NCBI GenBank assembly: GCA_963665095.1
Contig: OY762069.1
Location: 5,568,001 to 5,632,000 of the forward strand
Length of the DNA stretch: 64,000 nt
Direction of reading: 5' to 3'
DNA from: an uncultured Desulfobacter sp.
GTDB lineage: Bacteria > Desulfobacterota > Desulfobacteria > Desulfobacterales > Desulfobacteraceae
Shown here in pieces: positions 9,940-19,813 of this stretch. Under the pieces are notes generated by a model that was not told the DNA's origin, ran no database searches, and saw only the letters and a list, made by a program, of their open reading frames with translations. Position 1 is the stretch's first letter. Each line of letters opens with the position of its first letter. The translations under genes and the position numbers were made by a program.

Positions 9940-12023
9940 AAAAAATTATTGGTTTCCAAATCTGTACCATCATAGTTCTTTCTTTTATGGCCTGTGTTTC
10001 ATCGCCCCCGCAAAACAGCTACATAAAGGACGGGAAAGAATACGGTGTTACCCGGGGATTATTCCGGGGGAAATGGTGGAATTATTATGAAAGAGGCATC
10101 TCCTTTGGTGAGGGAGATTTCCTGAATGAGGCACAGAACGATTTAGAAACCGCCATTGCCCAGAGAGGCCGGGATCAGCGGATGGCCCGGACCTATGGCA
10201 TGCACTTTATAGATTATTTCCCCCACCGGGAACTTGGCATTGTGCTGCTTAGAAAAGGGGAGCTCACAAAAGCTGTCCGTGAGCTTGAAATTTCGCTGTC
10301 CGGCCAGGAAAGTGCAAAAGCAAAATTTTATCTCAATGAAGCCAGAAAACGTAAAATCAGATCAGATGGCAAAGATACGAGCCCCCCGCTTGTCCAGATT
10401 TCCAGGCCCATGGACAACAATCCGGTAAACCATGCTGAAGTTAAAATCCAGGGGCAGGTATCGGATAACACCTTTGTATCATCCATATTTATAAACGGTG
10501 TTCCCGAATTTATAGAACTTTCTGAAGAAACCATCTCCTTTAGCAGAAGCATTCCCCTGAAACCGGGCCCCAACCCTTTGACTATCAGGGCAGAAGATCT
10601 TGCCGGCAATGTTGCAGAAAAAAGAATGACCATTATTGCTGATTACCATGGTCCCAATATCTCCATACTCAATTATGAAAACGGCCAGCGTGTTGATGTC
10701 AACGATATTGAAATTCGGGTGTCTTATTCAGATGAATCCGGCATAAAAACGCTTAAAATTAACGGGGACGAAAAAAGAATCACAGAAGAATCGCACTTCC
10801 ACGGAACCGTAGCCGCTCCGGTCTCACTCCAAAACGGTGAAAACAAAATACCCGTTGAAGCATGGGATACCGCAGGCAATCGAACTAAAGGAGAGATCCG
10901 TCTTTCATATTATCCTGGAAAACTTGTCGCATGTAACAGTGCGGTTACTCAAGTGTTATTATCTAAGACTGCTACGGATGCAGGTTATATTGCGACAAAG
11001 GCTGAAACGCCTCCCTTAAAAGAGCCTGATATCCAGCCCAGGGGCCTGTTAAAGGTCATTGCCGACCATCAGCCATTAACCATAACAAATAAAAAAATCA
11101 ACAACCGTATTTTCATAGAGGCCCAGGTCTCCAATGATTGTCCGGTCAAACAAATTCTGGTCAATGACATGCCGGTAGAATTTCAGCAGGGAAAAACCAT
11201 TGCGTTCAGCCGTATAGTGGACTTTCAGGAAGGGGAAAATATATTTACCATAACCGCAACAGATGCCAAGGGCAACGCATCAAGCAAATCCCTGACAGTG
11301 ACCCGAAAAATTCAAAGTATCGATCTGGACCAGTCTAAAATGGCCCTGTCCATTATGCCCTTTAAATCAGACACCCTGTCCAAAGAGACAAAAGAGTCAA
11401 TTCCCCCGGTTTTTCTGCAGGAGTTGTTAAATTTGGAACGATTTAAAATCGTAGAAAGAGGGGAAGACTTTGAGCCTGTTCTAAAGGAACTCAAGTTGAG
11501 CCAAACCGATCTGGTAGATCCCGATAAAGCGGTCAGGGCCGGAAAGCTTCTGGCCAGTGAAGCCGTGGTAACCGGGCAGGTTATTGAAACAAAAAACGGC
11601 ATTGAAATCTTTGCCAAGCTGATCAACGTTGAAACCACTGAATGCCTCGCCATCCAGGATGTATACGGCCAGGACAAGTCAAAAGAAAATCTTAGATATC
11701 TGCTGGAAGGCCTTGCTTCAAAACTTGCCTACTCGGTTCCGGTAATGGAAGGGAAGATCCTTGGAATCAAAGGAAAAGAAATTTTTATCGATATCGGAAC
11801 ATCCAGATATTATAATTTGAAAAAAGGGATAAAATGCATTGCCTACCGGAGTGAACCCTTTATTTTAGATGGTGTAAATCTCGGAGTAGACACATCCATA
11901 TTGGGAACCCTGAGCATTGAGCGGGCCAATCCCCAATTTTCAAGCACAGTAAGAGTGATACCAGAAAGTCAAGATGTGGAGCTACCGGTGATAAAAAAAC
12001 AGGACCTTGTTATTACCAAATGA
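9936..12023 (+). CDS. Lipoprotein with TPR, Ig-like repeats and a CsgG/FlgT-like C-terminus
   Basis: Lipobox LSFMAC; Ig repeats (GPNPLTIRAEDLAGN, GENKIPVEAWDTAGN, GENIFTITATDAKGN); IVERGEDFEPVLKELKLSQ motif; start overlaps the upstream stop (ATGA). Confidence 0.78.
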   Translation: MKKIIGFQICTIIVLSFMACVSSPPQNSYIKDGKEYGVTRGLFRGKWWNYYERGISFGEGDFLNEAQNDLETAIAQRGRDQRMARTYGMHFIDYFPHRELGIVLLRKGELTKAVRELEISLSGQESAKAKFYLNEARKRKIRSDGKDTSPPLVQISRPMDNNPVNHAEVKIQGQVSDNTFVSSIFINGVPEFIELSEETISFSRSIPLKPGPNPLTIRAEDLAGNVAEKRMTIIADYHGPNISILNYENGQRVDVNDIEIRVSYSDESGIKTLKINGDEKRITEESHFHGTVAAPVSLQNGENKIPVEAWDTAGNRTKGEIRLSYYPGKLVACNSAVTQVLLSKTATDAGYIATKAETPPLKEPDIQPRGLLKVIADHQPLTITNKKINNRIFIEAQVSNDCPVKQILVNDMPVEFQQGKTIAFSRIVDFQEGENIFTITATDAKGNASSKSLTVTRKIQSIDLDQSKMALSIMPFKSDTLSKETKESIPPVFLQELLNLERFKIVERGEDFEPVLKELKLSQTDLVDPDKAVRAGKLLASEAVVTGQVIETKNGIEIFAKLINVETTECLAIQDVYGQDKSKENLRYLLEGLASKLAYSVPVMEGKILGIKGKEIFIDIGTSRYYNLKKGIKCIAYRSEPFILDGVNLGVDTSILGTLSIERANPQFSSTVRVIPESQDVELPVIKKQDLVITK

Positions 12024-12328
12024 CTTTTCAGTTTCTTGAGGTCATTTCCCTATAAAGCCCCCTTTATGAACAGCAAGCGAAACTCTGACTCATGCATCCA
12101 TGAAAGCAATGGATGAAAATGTTTTTATGAGATATAGAGGACGCTATTTTCTTAGCGTTATGAACAGGCACGAACTTTTTTATTGTGGCACTCATCAATC
12201 ATGTGATACATGATTTTTTCAAAATAACCGTGGATTAAATTCCGGATTTCTTTTAACAGGGGATGATTTGTGGTTTCTATATAGTATGTTTTCTTTCTCT
12301 TTCATAAAATATTCAGGCAATTATCATT

Positions 12329-13726
12329 ATGGAGTCAAACAAATCAAGTCACAAAAGTCGGGCCAGTAATGCGCAATACTTAATCAATTATTTCAAAAAA
12401 TTAGGCTTTTCAGAATCAAAATTAATGAAGGGGGTGTCTGTAAACAAAAGTTTTCTTGCAGACCCTCATAACTGGCTCCCAATCAATGATTTTCATCAAA
12501 TCGTTCAAAACTGCCAGAAAGCTATTCCTCAATTAACGATAGATGATTGGCAAGACATCGCATCTTTCATCAAAGAGGGTGAGACAACCGGTATATGGAA
12601 AACCATCGGCAAATTTATCGGAGTCAAGTCTCTTTATTCTTTAACTCCGCAGTATACAAAGAGCTTTAACACATATATTTTTCTAAAAATCAACAGCATC
12701 TCCAACACCTCTGTGGATATGCAAATTATTTCAGATCCAAATGTCTGTTCTGTGATTATGGTAAGGTGGACTGTGGGTGTGTTACAAGCCATTCCATGCA
12801 TATTGGGGCTACCGACTGCAAAAACCCGTATTTTGTTCGATCAGGCTGATATAAAAAGTGTAGTCAAGGATCTGTACACCTTCCACGACTTAGACTACAT
12901 GGAAAATCAGGGCGTCATATATATTAAAGGCAAAGCTTATGCACGGCGTATTCAACTTCACCAAACGATCCATAACGGAGAGGTGCTTTTTTCATATCAG
13001 TATTCAGATGAACAGCCGTATAATTCCACCCTCATAACAGAAGATTTGATTGTAAATAATAGTAGACTGCTGAAAAAAGGGGACATATTTAACGCGCCAT
13101 ATGGCAGGGTTATCATAACCTGGGATCAGACAAAAACTAAGTACCCCTTTATGCATTCCCGCAGACTCAAAGAGGAATTGTTGATAGCTTTCAACACCCA
13201 ACTGACCCTGGCCGACAACAGATATTTAGAAGCAGAAAGGCTTCGCCAGGATGCATGTAAAAAAAATATTGCGTTACAACAGGCACTGAAAGAACTTGAG
13301 AAAACAAAAAATGCACTTCAGGTGTATTGGGAACAGAAAGCCAGGGACAGAGCCGAGCTTGAAAAAAAAGCCGTTTTAAAAATCAAAAATATTGTGAACC
13401 CCGGCCTTAGGCAGCTATATGAAAGCGGCCTGAACACCTCCCAGAAGAAAAAGCTTGATCAGCTCAATCGGAAAATAGATGATGCACTATTGCCCTTTGC
13501 CACACACATGACGCTGAAAGATTACAATTTAACTCCGGCTGAATTACGAATTATAAACCTTATTCAAAAAGGATTGCAGTCTAAAGAAATAAGTGAGTCC
13601 CTCAATATTTCCCTGCGAACGGTTGAAACCCATCGAATGAACATTCGAAAAAAACTTGATATCTCCAATCAGGGAATGAATCTTTCGACATACCTTTTGT
13701 CGATAAAACAAACAGACCTCGTATAA
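12329..13726 (+). CDS. LuxR-family regulator with a large N-terminal sensory region
   Basis: C-terminal LTPAELRIINLIQKGLQSKEISESLNISLRTVETHRMNIRKKL, preceded by a coiled coil. Confidence 0.88.
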   Translation: MESNKSSHKSRASNAQYLINYFKKLGFSESKLMKGVSVNKSFLADPHNWLPINDFHQIVQNCQKAIPQLTIDDWQDIASFIKEGETTGIWKTIGKFIGVKSLYSLTPQYTKSFNTYIFLKINSISNTSVDMQIISDPNVCSVIMVRWTVGVLQAIPCILGLPTAKTRILFDQADIKSVVKDLYTFHDLDYMENQGVIYIKGKAYARRIQLHQTIHNGEVLFSYQYSDEQPYNSTLITEDLIVNNSRLLKKGDIFNAPYGRVIITWDQTKTKYPFMHSRRLKEELLIAFNTQLTLADNRYLEAERLRQDACKKNIALQQALKELEKTKNALQVYWEQKARDRAELEKKAVLKIKNIVNPGLRQLYESGLNTSQKKKLDQLNRKIDDALLPFATHMTLKDYNLTPAELRIINLIQKGLQSKEISESLNISLRTVETHRMNIRKKLDISNQGMNLSTYLLSIKQTDLV

Positions 13727-14244
13727 AACATCCTGTCTCTCACCCGCCTGGTCATGCCCTTGTGAAAGGCAGGACCCCGTCAGTGCGGATTTACGCAGAA
13801 TGCCTGAACAAAAAACAGGCTGTTCTTCCGAATATGTAACAGCGGAAAATGACGCCTATACAGTTTCTCCCCCAACAGCCTGGGATTGTATGCCATGTCC
13901 GGTTATATGCGACTACATAGTGTTTCTAGGTAGTTATTACGTATTAATTCCGGGTTGTATGCAATAAGCTTATCATATACAAAAACTAATTAATTTTTTG
14001 TTTTAAAATCATATGGTTTTAGACAAAATAGAAAAAATTTGCGGCAATGGTTGATGGACTATCGTACTCGTTTCTCTATCTTTCCGATTTCTTATTAATC
14101 AAGAAGAGTTTTCCAGAAAGGGGGTGATTTAAAAAACAGATGGGATTTTTAAAAAAAAGAATCCACCTAAAAACAGCAAAATCATTCTTGGAACTACTTC
14201 AGGCTCAACCCCTTACAATTTGAAAGCAAGGAGGACAAGAAACT

Positions 14245-15258
14245 ATGAAAAGATTCATTTTTCTTTTTATCATCATTTTAAATATCGGTTTTATTGGTTC
14301 TGTTAATGCAGCTGAACTTTTACTTGAAAATTTTGAAAATTCAACGTCAGGCACCATAAATGGGGCGACATATACATCTAATGGCTATCAGGGATACGGG
14401 ATGTTATTTAATGAACCGGGGGATTATGTAAAATTTCATTCATCAAAATTCCCATCTGAAGGGACATTTGAAGCCTACATTTATATAACTGGTGATAACT
14501 CTGCATGGAGCAAAGATATTATATTTGATACAAATGCCCGGGCTGGATATTCAGGTGCTCATATTGCTTTATACCTTACAGAAGAACGAAAATTAATGTT
14601 TAGAGAATGGGGCTCAACAATACCTGCAATATATAATGTTTTTGGCACTACAGAGCTCTCATTGAATACATGGTATGCAATTGGGGTAAGCTGGGGAGCC
14701 CAGGGCGTGCATATATATGTCAATGGAGAATTAGATGCTTCAGACACCTCTCTGACATATAGCTGGGATGCCGATGAGAGTGTTTATTTAGGGGATTGTC
14801 CTGATGATGACTGGGCAGGCTCAAACTATTATAATTCTTTTTACGGTATTCTTGATTCAGTCCGGACCTCAAATGTTCAACAAGATATTACTTATTCCAT
14901 TTCTGAGGATTGTGAGGTTGACATTGATGGGCTGATCATTTCAGGAACTAAAGAAGTAGGCTCGGCCATAACATTCTCCGTTGAAGCCAACAACACCTGT
15001 AGCAGTACTATTTATTATAGGTACACATATCATGCAGGATATGGAACAGATGATTATGATGGTCTGCATTGGAATCTTATGACGGATTCTGAATACACAA
15101 CAGAAAGCACTATAAGTTTTACCTTTGATGAAGCGGATAAGTATATTGTTGTAGTTTGGGCAAAAAACTCGCCATCAGATTCAAATGAAGGCGTTCCAAT
15201 TATCGGAATTGACGTAACTATTCGGGAAGAGGGAGAAGAACCGTATTTTCCGTTTTAG
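14245..15258 (+). CDS. Secreted LamG/concanavalin-like protein with the C-terminal domain shared with 3954..6149
   Basis: Signal peptide ending VNA-A; GTFEAYIY and LNTWYAIGVSWG..HIYVNGEL LamG motifs; RBS aaggagg. Confidence 0.8.
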   Translation: MKRFIFLFIIILNIGFIGSVNAAELLLENFENSTSGTINGATYTSNGYQGYGMLFNEPGDYVKFHSSKFPSEGTFEAYIYITGDNSAWSKDIIFDTNARAGYSGAHIALYLTEERKLMFREWGSTIPAIYNVFGTTELSLNTWYAIGVSWGAQGVHIYVNGELDASDTSLTYSWDADESVYLGDCPDDDWAGSNYYNSFYGILDSVRTSNVQQDITYSISEDCEVDIDGLIISGTKEVGSAITFSVEANNTCSSTIYYRYTYHAGYGTDDYDGLHWNLMTDSEYTTESTISFTFDEADKYIVVVWAKNSPSDSNEGVPIIGIDVTIREEGEEPYFPF

Positions 15259-15317
15259 TTGCAAGTAGATCTCCTTTAAAAGCTGACTTGTGAAATAATG
15301 GCACAAATAAAACAAGT

Positions 15318-15353
15318 TGGGAAGGAGAGGCAAACAGGACCTCTTCTTCCCAT
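15318..15353. terminator. Imperfect hairpin between convergent genes
   Basis: gggaaggagagg...cctcttcttccc. Confidence 0.45.
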
Positions 15354-15485
15354 CCTTAAAAGTATTATTCAATAGTTAACAGGCTCAATTTTGCCAGCAC
15401 TGTTAAGATTTTGATTTTTTATCATATTCCACTCATAGTTTTTCAAAATGGCTGATGGATATAATTAGTGGATGCCATTCAAACC

Positions 15486-16853
15486 CTAATGTATCAACTC
15501 AATAATTTCATCTGCCATTGCGCTCTTTTTAAGAATGATGCCTTTTTTATCCAGCAGGTAGAGGGTGGGGATGCCCATCACTGCATAATTATTGAAATTG
15601 ACCCCGTCCATTCCTGTAAGATCACAAAAATTATCCGGCCACTGATGATATTTCAGCTTTTTCTCAAACGCCTGCTGGTTATCATCCCCGCTGACTGCAA
15701 TCACACGCACATGCTGCCTGGCTAACGATTTATATCTGTTGGCCAGAGTAATCAGTGAATCTTCGCACAGGTGGCAGCTTCCCTTGTAAAAGAGCAGTAT
15801 GGTGTAATCTGCACCCAGGTTGTCGGTTTCAATGATGACATCCGCAGTTTTTTTACCCGTCTGAGTGCTGACCGGGGCCTTAAAAATCAGATCCGGTGCT
15901 TTTTTGCCGGCCAGTATCTTAAATGACGACAACATCTGCCTGGTTGTATTGGACAAGGCGGCCATGGAATCGGGGCGCAGGTTCATATGTTCTGCAATGA
16001 CCGGCAGCACCTCATCCTTCCCTTTCTGTACCAGAAACGGGATAGCTGTCTGCCCAAAAGCACCCAGAATCTTATCCTGCGTCATGCGGGCAAGCGCAGA
16101 ATCCAGCCGTTTTTGAAAAGCAGTATCACCATCTTGGGACCGAATATTCATCATCAGCCAGTTATGCAGCACCTGAGCCCAGTGCCCGCTGGTATACAGA
16201 TCATCAAAATTCAAAGTTTGGGTGACATAATCATTGAAATAACGGATATGATCGGATCGGTTTTCATACACCTTATCTGCAATGCCCCTGGTTAAGTCCA
16301 CAATTTCGGCAAACCTGGCGGCATACAAAGGGCTTTTAGACCGGTCCGCCTGGGTCTGTTCAAATTGCAGACGCAGACTTTCCTGTTCTTTTAAGGCTGT
16401 CTGGTGAAGCGCTTCTTTTGCCGGATAGACCTGGAGCAGGTGGTTCACCGCGCCCAGCTTATCCAGAATGGTCTGCTGGCGGCGGTGCCGGCCAGTTAAA
16501 AAGTCGTTCTCAGGATTGCCGGTGTATATGATATTTTCCGGGCCTGGTTTGTCAGACAGGCATTCCACTGAAAAACCTCTGCCTGTGTAGATCATGTCCA
16601 GTCCACCGCCGGATTTGAGCAGCCACCTTGTCATACCGCGATAATCCCTGTAGAGGTCCGGCATGGTACACGTCACTGCCCCGTCCTTTGAGATCTTTCC
16701 CGATTGAACAGACACTTCTTTTTCTCCCTGAAATATTTTCCAGTCGTATTGATGTCCGGCAAAATGGGGAAAATGAAGTATTATTTCCTGTGCCTGGGCC
16801 CGAAAGGGCGTGAAAAGACAAATCAAACAGCATACAAAAATCCATTTTTTCAT
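15486..16853 (-). CDS. Exported AhpC/TSA (TlpA-like) thioredoxin-fold protein of Bacteroidetes type
   Basis: Signal peptide (AQA), GKKAPDL, LLFYKGSCHLCED (CxxC), YAVMGIPTLYLLDKKGII. Confidence 0.8.
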   Translation of the reverse strand: MKKWIFVCCLICLFTPFRAQAQEIILHFPHFAGHQYDWKIFQGEKEVSVQSGKISKDGAVTCTMPDLYRDYRGMTRWLLKSGGGLDMIYTGRGFSVECLSDKPGPENIIYTGNPENDFLTGRHRRQQTILDKLGAVNHLLQVYPAKEALHQTALKEQESLRLQFEQTQADRSKSPLYAARFAEIVDLTRGIADKVYENRSDHIRYFNDYVTQTLNFDDLYTSGHWAQVLHNWLMMNIRSQDGDTAFQKRLDSALARMTQDKILGAFGQTAIPFLVQKGKDEVLPVIAEHMNLRPDSMAALSNTTRQMLSSFKILAGKKAPDLIFKAPVSTQTGKKTADVIIETDNLGADYTILLFYKGSCHLCEDSLITLANRYKSLARQHVRVIAVSGDDNQQAFEKKLKYHQWPDNFCDLTGMDGVNFNNYAVMGIPTLYLLDKKGIILKKSAMADEIIELIH

Positions 16854-16909
16854 ATTGTAACCTTTCAGCCTGTGTCATAACAGTTTGAACAAAATTAAAA
16901 ACAGTCGAG

Positions 16910-17080
16910 TTAATCTGCTGCGATACAACCTAGAGGCATACCTTGACTGCGGTAGCCGCTGAGCGTGCCGGCATCGCTGCGAGCAAAATACAGAGTAAAG
17001 GCGCTGCTGCTTTTGCTGGGGCGCTCAGTACTTGACCAGTAGTGACCGTAAATGCCACGGACGTTCACCGCGCCATTGCA
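16910..17080 (-). pseudogene. C-terminal remnant of a FISUMP/CLec-fold (DGR target-like) gene
   Basis: Manual translation: CNGAVNVRGIYGHYWSSTERPSKSSSAFTLYFARSDAGTLSGYRSQGMPLGCIAAD*. An in-frame TGA lies a few codons upstream. Not in the ORF track. Confidence 0.72.
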
Positions 17081-17342
17081 AAATACATTAACTGAACTTC
17101 AAAATACAAAATTAAATTTAGAATTCCTCTGGGAAAAAAGGAATAACCAGGTCAGCTGAAGCTGGAGCGGCTTTACGCTTCACCCTGTTGTTCTTAGCCA
17201 ACAGCAACATCTCCAGTTTAATCCCTATCAAGCCGGCCTTTGAAAATAATGGATAAAAACATTTTTATGAGATATACGAAAAACTATCTCTACATTATGA
17301 ACCGTTACGAACTTGAACTTTCTTATCCGGGAGGCAGTTACC

Positions 17343-19745
17343 ATGGGCGGACTGATCAAAAGAGCAGGGCTGGGTTTAATGGTTGTCGCAGTGATCGCAA
17401 TCGCAGCAGGTGCATATTATCTGAACTCAAAAAAGGCGGTCAGGTCCGGAACCTTATCGTTTTCAGGGCTTTCGGCGCCTGTTGATATCCGATTTGATAA
17501 GTTTGCCGTCCCCCATATATATGCAAAATGCGAAACAGATGCCTATTTTGCCCTGGGTTACCTGCATGCCCAGGACAGGCTCTTCCAGATGGAGCTGCTT
17601 CGTCGCCTGGCCAAGGGAGAACTCTGTGAAATTCTTGGCCCCAAACTGAAATCCACAGATACTTTTTTCAGGACCTTAAGGTTAAAACAGTTTGGGAAAG
17701 CGTATGCTGCCAGGGCAAATACCGGTACCCCGGCATTCAAAGCCAGTCTGGCCTATCTGGACGGTATCAATCAGTTTATCAATACCGGGCCTGCCCCCGT
17801 AGAATTTGACCTGTTAAAAATCCCTAAAAAAGAATTTGCCCTGTCCGATGTTGTCTGTGTGGCAGGATATATGGCTTACAGCTTTGCCGGTGGGTTCAAA
17901 ACCGATCCGGTGCTTACTTTTATCCGCGACACACTGGGAGATGCCTATTTAACCGATCTGGATTATAAACTTAAAGAAACACCTGCCATCAGACTGTCGG
18001 CAGTTACCCACAACTCCCTTGCGCAGGTGGCGGCACTTGTGGCCGACATTGAGACGCATTATTCACCGATGGGATTTTTTGAAGGCAGCAATGCCTGGGC
18101 TGTGATGGGAAACAAAACAGCTTCGGGCGAAACCATTCTTTCAGGAGATCCCCATATCGCACACGCCTGTCCTTCGGTCTGGTACGAGGCCCATATGGTC
18201 ACGCCGGATGCCAATTTCTACGGCCATTTCCTTGCAGGCGTTCCCATGGCTCTTCTGGGGTATAACCAGAAAGTGGCCTGGAGCCTGACCATGTTTCAAA
18301 ACGATGATGTGGATCTGTTTGCGGAAAAACCCAATCCGCAGAATCCCAATCAGGTCTGGTCCGAAGGAAGATGGGCAGATCTTGAGATTGAGCATGAAAC
18401 CATTAAAGTCAAAGGTGAAGCAGATCTGAATATTGATGTCAGAATTTCCAGGCACGGGCCCATCATCAATGATACCCTGGATCTTTTAAGTGCGGAGAAA
18501 CTGCCGGTGGCCGTCAGCTGGGGGTTTCACGATTTTAAAAATGACATGATCTCGGGTTTGTATGAATTATCCCATATTGATACCGTGTATCAGGCCCCGT
18601 CAGCCCTTGAAAAAATCCATGCACCGGGCCTGAATTTTGTCATGGCAGATGCAGGCGGAAATGTGGGATGGTGGGCTGTGGCCAGGCTGGTGACGCGCCC
18701 CGGCCATGTAGACCCTAACTTTATCCAGGACGGATCTGACCCATCCTGCGACTACACTGGCGCTTTGCCTTTTTCAGCCAACCCCCAGTTCATCAATCCC
18801 GATTCAGGATTTATCGTATCAGCCAATCACCAGCCCCAGGATTTCGGTACCGGGACAGTCCCGGGCTATTACAACCCGGACAACCGGGCAAGGCGCATTA
18901 AAAAGCTGCTGGAACAAAAAGGAAACAAGCTTACCGTCAGGGACATGCAGGATATCCAGTTAGACACGGGGTCCGCATTTTATAAGACCATTGCTGCAAA
19001 ACAGGTGGATATTTTAAAAACCATCCCGGAAGTACAGCAGGACGCCTCTTCAAAAACCGCGTTTAAACTGCTGACTGACTGGGATGGCTTCCACCGTCTT
19101 GATACCAAAGGCGCTGCTGTGTTTTATACCCTGCATTATTATCTGCTTAAAGCGGCGCTGGAAGATGAACTGGGTGAAAACCGCTTCAAGGCTTTTTTGC
19201 AGACACGGCTTGCAGACACCGGCATGTTAAAAATACTGGGAACTAAAAATTCTGTCTGGTGGGATAATGTCCTGACTTCCGAAAAAGAGTCCAGGAAAGC
19301 TATTATGCACGACGCCTGGAGAAAGGCGATTGACAGCCTTAAACAGGCGGCAGGCAACGATCCTGAAAAATGGGCCTGGGCCGATCTGCACACCATAGAG
19401 TACGTCCATGCCCTGGGCCGGAAAAAGCCTCTGGATAAATTGTTCAACATCGGACCTTTCAGCAGTGAAGGCTCAAGAGAGGTGCCTAATTACCAGGGGT
19501 TCCGAATCGGGCCACCGCCGTTCAAAATTACCCTTGGACCCTCCACCCGGCGGATTTTTGATTTCTCTGACCCGGCCCACTCCCTGGGAATTACACCAAC
19601 CGGCCAGAGCGGCAGCTTTATAGATCCTCATTTTGACGATCAGGCCCAATTGTACATATCGGGTAAATACAGGACCCAGCTGACCGATAAGGCTGAGGTT
19701 GAAAAGGCAACTGTGTCATTATTGCAGATAGTGCCGGAAGAATAA
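17343..19745 (+). CDS. Penicillin acylase family Ntn-hydrolase, N-terminally membrane-anchored
   Basis: DKFAVPHIYA, GYLHAQDRLFQME, GSNAWAV nucleophile, GDPH, PTGQSG. ATG 17343 follows RBS ggagg. Confidence 0.93.
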   Translation: MGGLIKRAGLGLMVVAVIAIAAGAYYLNSKKAVRSGTLSFSGLSAPVDIRFDKFAVPHIYAKCETDAYFALGYLHAQDRLFQMELLRRLAKGELCEILGPKLKSTDTFFRTLRLKQFGKAYAARANTGTPAFKASLAYLDGINQFINTGPAPVEFDLLKIPKKEFALSDVVCVAGYMAYSFAGGFKTDPVLTFIRDTLGDAYLTDLDYKLKETPAIRLSAVTHNSLAQVAALVADIETHYSPMGFFEGSNAWAVMGNKTASGETILSGDPHIAHACPSVWYEAHMVTPDANFYGHFLAGVPMALLGYNQKVAWSLTMFQNDDVDLFAEKPNPQNPNQVWSEGRWADLEIEHETIKVKGEADLNIDVRISRHGPIINDTLDLLSAEKLPVAVSWGFHDFKNDMISGLYELSHIDTVYQAPSALEKIHAPGLNFVMADAGGNVGWWAVARLVTRPGHVDPNFIQDGSDPSCDYTGALPFSANPQFINPDSGFIVSANHQPQDFGTGTVPGYYNPDNRARRIKKLLEQKGNKLTVRDMQDIQLDTGSAFYKTIAAKQVDILKTIPEVQQDASSKTAFKLLTDWDGFHRLDTKGAAVFYTLHYYLLKAALEDELGENRFKAFLQTRLADTGMLKILGTKNSVWWDNVLTSEKESRKAIMHDAWRKAIDSLKQAAGNDPEKWAWADLHTIEYVHALGRKKPLDKLFNIGPFSSEGSREVPNYQGFRIGPPPFKITLGPSTRRIFDFSDPAHSLGITPTGQSGSFIDPHFDDQAQLYISGKYRTQLTDKAEVEKATVSLLQIVPEE

Positions 19746-19813
19746 AAGGCTCTTCTGCGTAGAACGAACTTGCTCAACATCCTTTTTTACTTATAGGGCT
19801 GGTTCTCATGACA

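Noticed and set aside
13905..13950. TACNTAG-like iterated motifs downstream of the LuxR gene
   Set aside because: Spacing is irregular and the matches are too short to call an operator
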